NCBI GenBank assembly: GCA_024277555.1
Contig: JAJRUY010000320.1
Coordinates: 12,388 to 76,387 of the forward strand
Length of the DNA: 64,000 bases
Direction of reading: 5' to 3'
Source of the DNA: Gammaproteobacteria bacterium
Lineage (GTDB): Bacteria > Pseudomonadota > Gammaproteobacteria > Chromatiales > Chromatiaceae
Notes under the pieces: model-generated
Told to the model about the DNA's origin: nothing
Database searches by the model: none
What the model saw: only the letters and a program-made list of their open reading frames with translations
Shown: piece by piece, positions 49,934 through 58,762 of the stretch
Layout: each line of letters opens with the position of its first letter
Position numbering within the stretch: position 1 is the stretch's first letter
Translations under genes and position numbers: made by a program

Positions 49934-51100
49934 TCAAGCTCCAAAAAAACTGAGCCAGTTACTTAGCTGTATGTCCTTGAACACGCTTTCATTTATGCCG
50001 GAGTAAATCAGGCTCCCTTTAATTTCTGCTGGAAGGACTTCATCACCCTGCAACTTATTAAGATACAGGATGTTTGCTATAAAACTGCTGTGAAATGTTT
50101 CACTTGATTTTATTTCTATCGGGAATAGAAAGGTGGATCGATCCTCAATCAAATCAACTTCATGACCTTTCTGATCACGCCAAAAATAGAGGTTGACTTC
50201 GGTTCCGGAATTGTTGAGTTTTTTCAAGTATTCACTCACCACAAAGTTTTCAAATATGTTGCCTCTCAAGGGATGTGTATCAAGTTGATCCATTGAATTG
50301 ATCCCCAGCAAGTAACACAGCAAGCCCGTGTCATGGAAGTACAACTTTGGAGTTTTGACAATTCGCTTATTGTAATTATTGAAATGGGGAGAGAGAGTGA
50401 AGCATATATACGTAGAATTTAATGCTGAAATCCATTCCGAAATAGTGGGACTGCTTACGCCCACTTCATTTGAAAGTGAGGATGCGTTAATTAACTGACC
50501 AACGCGGCCAGCAGCCAGTTTTACAAATTTTTCGAATAAGTCAATTTTTGTAATATTTGTTAATAAGCGAATATCTTTTTCGACATAAAGCTGGAAATAG
50601 TTTTTTAACCATTTTGTTGGATTAAGCTGTGAATTGTATATCCGCGGGTAGCCACCATGAAACAGAAACTCATTCAGGGTAAAACCGGGGTTATGTTTGA
50701 TAATTTCAGATACAGCTAGCGGATGCAGGTGAAATAGCTCTGTTCGGCCCGCCAGTGTCTGGGTAATCGAATCAACCAGAAGAAGGCCGTTAGATCCTGT
50801 CAAAACAAATTTATTTTGATTCCCTGGTTCATCAACAATGGTTTGTATATAAGAACTGAGCTCAGGAACACGCTGAAATTCGTCAAGAATACAGTGTGTG
50901 GAAAGTTGATTGAGAAACCCCCTCGGATCAGATCTGGCCATCTCACGAACATCCGGATCTTCAAGAGATCGATAATCGTATTGGCTAAATAGTTTTCGTA
51001 CCAGCGTGGTCTTGCCAGATTGACGCGGACCCAGAAGTGTTAACACCGGATAGCTTTCAAGTGATTGGGTCAGTTGCTCTGAGATTGATCGCTCATACAT
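49934..51100 (-). CDS. AAA_14 ATPase with wHTH and DUF4143 (PD-(D/E)xK-like) domain
   Basis: Walker A GPRQSGKTT, Walker B ILDEFQ, LTGS, LAGR, GGYP, PKLYFHDTGL, EVDLI..IEIKS; visibly AT-rich. Confidence 0.92.
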   Translation of the reverse strand: MYERSISEQLTQSLESYPVLTLLGPRQSGKTTLVRKLFSQYDYRSLEDPDVREMARSDPRGFLNQLSTHCILDEFQRVPELSSYIQTIVDEPGNQNKFVLTGSNGLLLVDSITQTLAGRTELFHLHPLAVSEIIKHNPGFTLNEFLFHGGYPRIYNSQLNPTKWLKNYFQLYVEKDIRLLTNITKIDLFEKFVKLAAGRVGQLINASSLSNEVGVSSPTISEWISALNSTYICFTLSPHFNNYNKRIVKTPKLYFHDTGLLCYLLGINSMDQLDTHPLRGNIFENFVVSEYLKKLNNSGTEVNLYFWRDQKGHEVDLIEDRSTFLFPIEIKSSETFHSSFIANILYLNKLQGDEVLPAEIKGSLIYSGINESVFKDIQLSNWLSFFGA

Positions 51101-51106
51101 ACGAAA

Positions 51107-51135
51107 ATAATGACACCCCTTACTAAGGGTGTCAA
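51107..51135 (-). promoter_or_regulatory. Sigma70 promoter (leaderless) with an embedded palindromic operator
   Basis: Minus strand TTGACA-N17-CATTAT (preceded by TGn), then 6 nt to the ATG. Inverted repeat TGACACCC-N8-GGGTGTCA at 51111-51134. Confidence 0.75.
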
Positions 51136-51225
51136 TTTAATATGCCGCTTTAAATTAACACCGAATAACATCTTTTGAAGGCATGAAGTTATTAATTTAC
51201 TCATACACGATTGGTTTGTGGATAA

Positions 51226-51401
51226 GATGCCAGTGCCAATCAGGCATTGATTCAGGTTCAACAAATGGCTGTCGATATAGCGCAACGGGGCGGCCAGGCT
51301 GGATATGGAATGTTGAATCTGGCGATCAGACGGCATGACTGAGACATATTCTGACTATCGGACAGACATATTAGGATAGCTGTCCGATATTCACAAGTTT
51401 T
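51226..51401. repeat. Direct repeat copy 2 (orphan araC 5' end, 37 codons, plus divergent regulatory region)
   Basis: Matches 49222-49397; ORF 51070..51336 begins MPSDRQIQHSISSLAAPLRYIDSHLLNL and then diverges. Confidence 0.95.
51356..51389. promoter_or_regulatory. Candidate AraC binding site (also present at 49352-49385)
   Basis: TATCGGACAG-N14-CTGTCCGATA perfect inverted repeat, overlapped by an AGACATATT direct repeat 22 bp apart; lies between the araC start and the divergent operon. Confidence 0.55.
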
Positions 51402-51485
51402 AAGCCGAATCAAACATTCTTCATTTTTTCAGCCAGTTATATGATGAATGCCTTGAATTTATAACTATGAAGCTTGGAGTAACCC

Positions 51486-52607
51486 ATGTCGCAAGAACGC
51501 AAAGTGCTGGTTTATGGAGCAAACGGCTATACCGGTAAGCTGGTTGCTGAAAGCCTGGCAGACCGAAATATTCCTTTTTACATGGCGGGTCGCAGTCGGG
51601 AGAAGCTCGAAAAAGCACTGGAAGTTGTGCAGCAACGCCACGCTGGCCCGGTCGATGCAGAAATCGTAACCGCATCCAACGATCCTGTAGAGTTACGACC
51701 ATTATTTGAACGTGTGGACGTGGTCATCAATGTCTCCGGCCCGTTCATGCAAATTGGTTGGCCGATCGTCGCGACGGCGCTGGAAATGAACTGCCACTAT
51801 CTCGATACCACCGGTGAGCAGGATTGGACCAATGCCATCAAGGAGAAGTACGGACAGGCGTTTGCCGACAAAGGCCTGCTGTTGAGTCCAGCCTGTTCCT
51901 ATATGTGGACGGCCGGTGCGCTGGCGGCAGAAGTCGTGCTGGAAAACCCCGAAATCGACAGCCTTGACATCGTCTACCAGATCGATCATGGCTTGCCATC
52001 TGAGGCATCCACCAAGTCATTTTTGCGCATGGTCTGTAATGATGTCTCCCAGTACTACCTGGAACTGAATAAGTTTGTTGCCTGGCCCAACGACCAGGTC
52101 GTCCAGGCCGTTGTTCCCCACCGTGGTTCCACGCTCAGCGCCCACCCCTGGGGCGGTGCCTGTGAACCGATCTGGTACAAAGACGATCCGCGCGTACGCA
52201 ATTGCAAAGTGATCACGGCTATTGGTGAGCACATGGTCGCGGGTATCGTGCAGGCTATCCAGGCGTTTAATGCGGCAGCCCCGGGAATGACGCAGGAACA
52301 ACGTGAAGAGTTTACCAACCAGATGGGTAACCAGATGGACACCGGCGAGCCGCCGAAAGACGATGTTGATGTCCAGCGCAGCGTGATTGTCTGTAATGGC
52401 CAGGGCCAGCAGGCGACAACTCAGTATGTGATGAATCTTTCGGCCCCCTATTCATGGACGGGTGAGATGTGTGCAGAAGGTGCGCAGCGCCTGTTGAACG
52501 GCCAATTGAAACAGACCGGCTTTCAATCGGCGGCAAAGGCATTTGGCCATCGCGAATTGATCACCCGGTTCCATGAACTGGGCTACTGCAGCGCGCTGCC
52601 GGATTGA
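51486..52607 (+). CDS. Saccharopine dehydrogenase-like oxidoreductase
   Basis: VYGANGYTGKL, AGRS, NVSGPF, HYLDTTGEQ; GGAG RBS. Confidence 0.82.
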   Translation: MSQERKVLVYGANGYTGKLVAESLADRNIPFYMAGRSREKLEKALEVVQQRHAGPVDAEIVTASNDPVELRPLFERVDVVINVSGPFMQIGWPIVATALEMNCHYLDTTGEQDWTNAIKEKYGQAFADKGLLLSPACSYMWTAGALAAEVVLENPEIDSLDIVYQIDHGLPSEASTKSFLRMVCNDVSQYYLELNKFVAWPNDQVVQAVVPHRGSTLSAHPWGGACEPIWYKDDPRVRNCKVITAIGEHMVAGIVQAIQAFNAAAPGMTQEQREEFTNQMGNQMDTGEPPKDDVDVQRSVIVCNGQGQQATTQYVMNLSAPYSWTGEMCAEGAQRLLNGQLKQTGFQSAAKAFGHRELITRFHELGYCSALPD

Positions 52608-52619
52608 GGGAAAACCCTG

Positions 52620-53849
52620 ATGAAAATGAATGCTTACATCGCCGGTGTGGGGATGACCCGCTTCGGCAAGCACCTGGAAACACCGCTGAAATCTTTGGCC
52701 GGTGCGGCCGTTAAAGAGGCTCTTGCCGATGCCGGCCTGGTAAATGGGGACATCCAGGCCGCCTACATGGGTAATGCCGCCGGCGGGGTGGTCCAGGGCC
52801 AGGAGATGATCTCCGGCCAGGTGGCTCTGCGGGAGCTTGGCATTGGCAAAATTCCCGTGGTTAATGTGGAAAATGCCTGTGCGACTTCTTCGACGGCCTT
52901 CAACCAGGCCTGCGCGATGGTCACTGCCGGCTTTTACGACGTGGTCCTGGTGTGTGGCTTTGAAAAATTGTTTCATGAAGACAAGGCGCGCACTTTTGCG
53001 GCTTTCGATGGCGCAGTCGACACCGAACAAGCTGACGGCATGACAGGCGCATTACAGGCCCTTGCTGACCTGGCGGGTGAAGAAGTGGATTTTGCCAATG
53101 CCGGCAAGACCCGTTCCGTTTTTATGGACATCTATTCGCTGATGGCGATTGCCCACATGAAAGACTATGGGACAACGGTTGAGCAGTTCGCCGGTGTAAC
53201 AGCCAAGAATTCATATCACGGAAGTCTCAATCCGCGGGCGCAGTTCCAACAGGAAATGACCATTGGGGAAGTGCTCGAATCCCGTGAAATTATTTATCCG
53301 CTGACCCTGCCGATGTGTTCACCCATCGGCGATGGTGCCGCGGCGCTGGTGGTCGTCAGCGAACGCAAAGCGAAACAGATGGGCTTGAGCAAGCCGGTCC
53401 GGGTGTTGTCATCAGCACTGGTTTCGGGCTGGGATAAAGATCCAGACGTGGGAGCCTATGCAGCGGGCCTGGCCTATGCGGCTGCCGGTGTTGGCCCGCA
53501 AGACCTGAGTCTGGTGGAGCTACACGATGCTTCCGCCCCGTCTGAGATTGTCGCCTATGAATACCTTGGCCTGTGTGCCAAGGGCGAGGGCGGTCGGTTG
53601 ATCGATGAAGGCACCACCCGCCTAGGCGGAAAGTTACCGGTGAACGTATCCGGTGGCCTGCTGCGCAAAGGGCACCCCATTGGAGCCAGCGGCACCGCAC
53701 AACTGGTGGAAATCACCGAGCAATTGCAGGGCCGATGCGGATCCAGGCAAGTTGAAAATGCCCGCATCGGACTGGCCCACAATGGCGGTGGCATGATCGG
53801 GCTCGACGCCGCCGCCACTGTTGTTTCAATTCTGGCTCGCGAGGACTGA
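52620..53849 (+). CDS. SCP-x-type thiolase
   Basis: GVGMTRFGK, VENACAT, CSPIGDGAAA, ELHDA, GHPIGASG, HNGGG. Confidence 0.9.
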   Translation: MKMNAYIAGVGMTRFGKHLETPLKSLAGAAVKEALADAGLVNGDIQAAYMGNAAGGVVQGQEMISGQVALRELGIGKIPVVNVENACATSSTAFNQACAMVTAGFYDVVLVCGFEKLFHEDKARTFAAFDGAVDTEQADGMTGALQALADLAGEEVDFANAGKTRSVFMDIYSLMAIAHMKDYGTTVEQFAGVTAKNSYHGSLNPRAQFQQEMTIGEVLESREIIYPLTLPMCSPIGDGAAALVVVSERKAKQMGLSKPVRVLSSALVSGWDKDPDVGAYAAGLAYAAAGVGPQDLSLVELHDASAPSEIVAYEYLGLCAKGEGGRLIDEGTTRLGGKLPVNVSGGLLRKGHPIGASGTAQLVEITEQLQGRCGSRQVENARIGLAHNGGGMIGLDAAATVVSILARED

Positions 53850-53852
53850 ACC

Positions 53853-55451
53853 ATGAGTAATCTGTCTATTTTGGCCAACCGTGTTGCTGACTGGGCTGCT
53901 AAACGGCCCGATGATGAATTACTGACTTTCGTCAGCATCGACGACAACGGTAACTTTGTGGAAGAAACACGCAGCTACCAGCAATTGTGGGATAAAGGCC
54001 AGCGTCTTGCTGTCTGGTTGAAACAAAAGGGCATGCAAAAAGGCGACTCCTTCGGCGTCGTCATGCAGAACCACCCCGAGTTCGTGGACCTGATGATCGC
54101 TTCTTCCATCGCCGGGACCATCTTTGTCCCGATTGATGCCCGTGTACGGGGCAGTAAACTCAAATACATGCTGGACTTTGCCGAATGCAAGGGCGCTGTG
54201 GTGGCAGACTATGCCATGGGCAGCGTTACAGAAGTCTGGATGGACCGGCAGCAGAACTGGATATTGCCCCTGACACCGGCCGGAGCCGCCGACGGCGGTG
54301 ACAATGTTACGGACATCCTTGCCAGCCCCATGCCATCACCGCAGTTGCCCGTCGCCAGCACAGACCCATCGGCGCCGATGCAGATGTTATATACCTCCGG
54401 CACGACAGGTGATCCGAAGGCCATATTGTCGGCCCATAACCGCCTGGATGCGGTACCGGTGATCGCAGGCGTACTGGGCCTGACGGAGGAGGACAGACCG
54501 TACACCGGCTTGTCACTGACCCACGCAAATGCCCAATTGGTTACCCTTGGCTGCATCCTGGTGCTGGGGCTTCGCGGGGTAATCAGTCGTAAATTCACCA
54601 AGTCGCGTTTATGGGATATCACCCGCCAGTATGGTTGTACCTGGTTCAATTTACTGGGTGGTATGACAACAGCCATTTTTGCAGAACCCCCGCAAGACAA
54701 TGACGCGGACAACCCGGTGCGCATTATCCTCAGTGCCGGCATGCCGGCTGCTATCTGGGACGAATTCGAACATCGCTTCGATATCAAGCTGGCCGAATTT
54801 TACGGCGCTGCTGAAGGTGGCTTGACGTTTAACCCTGCAGGGGTCGGTCCGGTCGGCAGTTGCGGCAAGGCACCACCGTTCCTGGAGTTAAGAATATTCG
54901 ACGCCGACGGCAATGAGTGTGGGCCCGGTGAGTCGGGTGAGGTATGTTTCCGGAATGCAGATGGCAGTTCTCCGGTGGTGGAGTATTACAGGAACCCCGA
55001 GGCATCGAGGCAGAAGACCGAAGGCGGCTGGCTACACATGGGCGATATCGGTCATGTGGATGAAGACGGCTGGCTGTTTTTCGAGTATCGGGTCGGTGGA
55101 GGAATTCGCCGCAACGGTGATTTCGTCAACCCGGCTTTTGTAGAGAAAGTTCTGTCACAGATCGATGTGATCGATGACGTGTTTGTCTATGGCGCGCCCA
55201 TGCCGGGCATGGCACCGGGTGAAATGGAACCGGTCGCAGCGATGGTGCTGAATGACCCGGCGTCATTCGCGCCAGCAGATGTGTTCAGCCTGTGCCGGGA
55301 TCACCTGGAAGCCAACTCTGTCCCGGGTTTTCTGCAAATCGTCGATAAAATCCCCAAAACCGCTTCAGAGAAGCCCCAGGAACGGTTCCTGCTGGAAAAA
55401 TTTAATGTGGCTGCCAGCAATGTCTATGCAGCCTCGGACTACCGGCGATGA
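53853..55451 (+). CDS. Acyl-CoA synthetase (CaiC-like AMP-binding protein)
   Basis: YTSGTTGDPK, FYGAAEG, GWLHMGD, IPKTASEKPQ. Confidence 0.9.
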   Translation: MSNLSILANRVADWAAKRPDDELLTFVSIDDNGNFVEETRSYQQLWDKGQRLAVWLKQKGMQKGDSFGVVMQNHPEFVDLMIASSIAGTIFVPIDARVRGSKLKYMLDFAECKGAVVADYAMGSVTEVWMDRQQNWILPLTPAGAADGGDNVTDILASPMPSPQLPVASTDPSAPMQMLYTSGTTGDPKAILSAHNRLDAVPVIAGVLGLTEEDRPYTGLSLTHANAQLVTLGCILVLGLRGVISRKFTKSRLWDITRQYGCTWFNLLGGMTTAIFAEPPQDNDADNPVRIILSAGMPAAIWDEFEHRFDIKLAEFYGAAEGGLTFNPAGVGPVGSCGKAPPFLELRIFDADGNECGPGESGEVCFRNADGSSPVVEYYRNPEASRQKTEGGWLHMGDIGHVDEDGWLFFEYRVGGGIRRNGDFVNPAFVEKVLSQIDVIDDVFVYGAPMPGMAPGEMEPVAAMVLNDPASFAPADVFSLCRDHLEANSVPGFLQIVDKIPKTASEKPQERFLLEKFNVAASNVYAASDYRR

Positions 55452-56209
55452 AAACAGTATTTATAACGGGTGCGGCAGCGGGAATCGGTCTCGCAATAGC
55501 AAAACGGTTTGCCACCGAAGGGTGGTTCGTGGGCCTGTATGACATCAATAAAGAGGCCATTGATCAGTTGCTGCAGACGCAGGAGTTCAGTAATGCCTGT
55601 GGTGGCCACTGTGATGTAACCAGCCGTGATTCGGTCAGCCGGGCACTACAGGGCTTTGCCGAACGCAGCGGCGGACGCCTGGACGTACTGGTCAATAACG
55701 CAGGCGTGCTTGCCTCAGGACTTTTCGCGGACATTGATCATGCTGCACACGAAAGAATTATCCAGGTCAATGTGCAGGGTCTGACCAATGTGGCTCAAAT
55801 CGCTTTTCCGTGGTTGAAAAAAACCCCGGGTTCCACGCTGGTCAATATGTGCTCTGTGTCTTCCGTACACGGGATTCCGCAACTGGCTGTTTACAGCGCC
55901 AGCAAATTCTATGTCAACGGATTGAGCCAGGCACTGAGCATCGAATGGGCCGAACACGGTATCCGTGTTTTGGCAATTAAACCACCATTTGTGAAAACGG
56001 CCATGGTTGAGAATATTCCGGAGCAATTGATGGACAAGTTTACCGTGGACCTGGTTCCGGAACAGATTGCCGATGTTGTGATGTCCGCACTGAACGGTTC
56101 GGGTCAGAGCTATATCGTGAGCATGAAGGCAAAAGTCTGGGCGGCGCTGGTAAAGCTTCTTCCCGGGCGCCTCGGGCGCGGTCTGACAAAGTCACTGACC
56201 GGTTATTAA
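55448..56209 (+). CDS. Short-chain dehydrogenase/reductase
   Basis: TGAAAGIG, NNAG, YSASK. Confidence 0.92.
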   Translation: MKTVFITGAAAGIGLAIAKRFATEGWFVGLYDINKEAIDQLLQTQEFSNACGGHCDVTSRDSVSRALQGFAERSGGRLDVLVNNAGVLASGLFADIDHAAHERIIQVNVQGLTNVAQIAFPWLKKTPGSTLVNMCSVSSVHGIPQLAVYSASKFYVNGLSQALSIEWAEHGIRVLAIKPPFVKTAMVENIPEQLMDKFTVDLVPEQIADVVMSALNGSGQSYIVSMKAKVWAALVKLLPGRLGRGLTKSLTGY

Positions 56210-56266
56210 GGCGCGCACGCTGGTGTTAAACAAATACATTGAAAAATCAATTTGACGGTGAAAATT

Positions 56267-57496
56267 ATGTCTGAATATATCAATTTACCCCTTAGCGGCC
56301 TGGAAGGCCCCTTGTCAGAAATGGAAGAAACCGTGCAGGATACGGCACATCGTTTTGCCAGGGATGTCCTGCGACCTGCGGGCGAGACTATCGATGCCCT
56401 GTCTGCCGATGAAGCGCTGGCACCGGAATCTCCATTGTGGAAGGTATTGGAACAGGCAGGCGAACTTGGTCTGACCGTATCCGCCATGGCCGAGATGTCA
56501 CCATCGGAAGGCGCAAGGCTGATGTTAATTGCTACTGAAGAACTGGCCTGGGGCGATGCCGGCCTGGCTGGAATGATGCTGGTCAGCCAGATGCCTGCGG
56601 TTTTCAGCGTGGTTGCCGGTCGCCTGGATCTGATTGAATATTGTGAAAGTAAAATTGGTTGCTGGGGTATCACCGAACCGGATCACGGCAGCGACATGCT
56701 GGATCACGACGGCTCAATGCAGGCTGGCAATGGCCAATACGGCCGGCCCAACTGTGTGGCCCGTATTGATGGCGACAAGGTGATCATCAACGGTCAGAAG
56801 TCTGCATGGGTATCCGGTGCCATGACAGCAAACCTGTGCGCGCTTTATTGCCATATCGAGCAGGACGGTGATATCAAGCCCGGCATCACGGTACTGGTAC
56901 CGCTTGATTTGCCTGGTGTCAGTCGGGGCAAGCCGCTGGATAAAATTGGTTTCCGCGCACTGAATCAGGGTGAGCTGTATTTCGATAATGTCGAAGTGCC
57001 GATCAATTTGATGCTGGCCGGGCCGGACAAATACGCGCACCAGGTGTACCACACACTGGCCGAGGCCAATGTGCATGTTGGCAACATTGCGGTTGGTATT
57101 GCACGTGCAGCTTACGAGCACGCCCTGGCTTATGCCCACGAGCGCAAGGCCGGCGGTCAGACCATCATTTTGCACCAGAATGTCCACTACCGGCTATTCC
57201 ATATGTTCCGCAAAATCGAGGCGGCCCGTGCGCTGGTTCGCCGTGCGGCTGAATACAACGCAACCGCGCCATCCGCAGCCCTGCAAGGTTCTATTGCAGC
57301 CAAGGTGACCGCCACTCAAGCCGCCTTTGAAGTTGCCAGCGACGCCATGCAGATTTTCGGCGGTAATGGTGTGTCGAAGGAATATCCGATGGAAAAACTG
57401 CTGCGGGATGCCAGGGCTGGCCTGATCGCGGATGGCTGCAACGAAGTGCTTGCTATGAAAGGCGGGTCCCTGCTGATCAATCCTGAGCTGTTATAA
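56267..57496 (+). CDS. Acyl-CoA dehydrogenase
   Basis: EELAWGD, WGITEPDHGSD, GQKSAWVS, QIFGGNG..EYPMEKLLRDAR. Probable ATG at 56267. Confidence 0.9.
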   Translation: MSEYINLPLSGLEGPLSEMEETVQDTAHRFARDVLRPAGETIDALSADEALAPESPLWKVLEQAGELGLTVSAMAEMSPSEGARLMLIATEELAWGDAGLAGMMLVSQMPAVFSVVAGRLDLIEYCESKIGCWGITEPDHGSDMLDHDGSMQAGNGQYGRPNCVARIDGDKVIINGQKSAWVSGAMTANLCALYCHIEQDGDIKPGITVLVPLDLPGVSRGKPLDKIGFRALNQGELYFDNVEVPINLMLAGPDKYAHQVYHTLAEANVHVGNIAVGIARAAYEHALAYAHERKAGGQTIILHQNVHYRLFHMFRKIEAARALVRRAAEYNATAPSAALQGSIAAKVTATQAAFEVASDAMQIFGGNGVSKEYPMEKLLRDARAGLIADGCNEVLAMKGGSLLINPELL

Positions 57497-57513
57497 ATGA
57501 CTGTGAAAAAGAA

Positions 57514-57894
57514 ATGCCGATGAAAGCCATGTTTATTTCTGCGGCCTGGTTCAACTGGATTGCGGCGCTTGGTTTTGGCTTTGCAGGTGAGTGGCTGCTG
57601 CCGATGTTTTCCATGCAGCCTTCACCAACTGCGCTGTTTTTTGTTCATCTTTTCTGCGCACTGGTGTTTGTATTCGGCTTTGCGTACTACCGGGCGGCAA
57701 CAGATCTGGCCGGGCAGGCACCAGCCATCCGGCTGGGTGCCATCGCAAAACTGGCCATTGTCGTTGTTGCATCCGTGGATGTAATCCTGGGGCTGGTCAG
57801 TTGGCCAATACTTGTTGTCATTGCTGGCGATCTGATCTATGCACTGCTGTTCTTCAGGGCCCTGGCCTGCTTGCCCGCGCCGGTGAGGGTTTGA
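57514..57894 (+). CDS. Small hypothetical membrane protein (about 4 TM)
   Basis: Hydrophobic throughout; co-oriented within the operon. Confidence 0.7.
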   Translation: MPMKAMFISAAWFNWIAALGFGFAGEWLLPMFSMQPSPTALFFVHLFCALVFVFGFAYYRAATDLAGQAPAIRLGAIAKLAIVVVASVDVILGLVSWPILVVIAGDLIYALLFFRALACLPAPVRV

Positions 57895-57940
57895 ATTGAA
57901 TCAATGCAACAACATGACCTGGGAAGTTGAGGAGTAGAAA

Positions 57941-58717
57941 ATGACTGAAAGACTGAAATCAAAAGTATGCCTGGTAACCGGTGGCGGCAGCGGCATCGGA
58001 GAGGCCATTTGTAAACGATTTGCCGAAGAAGGTGCAAACGTGATTGTAGCGGACATCAACCCCGAATCAGCCCGGCGCGTGGCAGGCGATATATCAGCCG
58101 CCGGCGGGAAGGCTGTGGCCAGGGAGCAGGATGTAACCGATCCTGACCTGTGGAACAGCCTGGTGGATGGGATCGTCGGGGAGCTCGGTAGTCTCGATGT
58201 ACTGGTCAACAACGCGGGCATCGGTGTGATCATGCCCATCGAACAGGAAACCCTCGAAGGCTGGCGCAGGATGCAGTCAGTAAACATGGAATCCGTGTTT
58301 CTCGGCACCCAGGCTGCCATCCGCGTGATGAAGGGTCATGGTGGCTCAATCGTCAATATATCTTCAATCGAGGGAATCATCGGTGAACCGCTGGTTCCGG
58401 CCTATAACGCATCCAAAGGCGGGGTGCGTATCTTCACCAAGTCCGCCGCATTGCATTGTGCCCAGGAGGGTTACGGCATTCGCGTGAATTCCGTGCATCC
58501 CGGCTATGTCGGCACCGCGATGGTTGCGGAAGCTATCGGCAGCATGCCACCTGAGCAGGGGCTGGCCTTTCAGCAGGAATTACTGACACGGATACCGTTG
58601 GGTCGCGTCGCTGAAGCGGTGGAAATCGCCAACACGGTTCTGTTTCTTGCCTCGGACGAAGCCAGTTACATGACTGGCTCGGAACTCGTAGTGGACGGGG
58701 GCTACACAGCTCGTTAA
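57941..58717 (+). CDS. SDR oxidoreductase (3-beta/17-beta-hydroxysteroid or cyclic alcohol dehydrogenase-like)
   Basis: TGGGSGIG, NNAG, NISS, YNASKGG, IRVNSVHPG, VVDGG; GAGGAG RBS. Confidence 0.88.
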   Translation: MTERLKSKVCLVTGGGSGIGEAICKRFAEEGANVIVADINPESARRVAGDISAAGGKAVAREQDVTDPDLWNSLVDGIVGELGSLDVLVNNAGIGVIMPIEQETLEGWRRMQSVNMESVFLGTQAAIRVMKGHGGSIVNISSIEGIIGEPLVPAYNASKGGVRIFTKSAALHCAQEGYGIRVNSVHPGYVGTAMVAEAIGSMPPEQGLAFQQELLTRIPLGRVAEAVEIANTVLFLASDEASYMTGSELVVDGGYTAR

Positions 58718-58762
58718 GCCCCATATTACATGAACATTTAAATACAGAAAATTAAACCAAGC

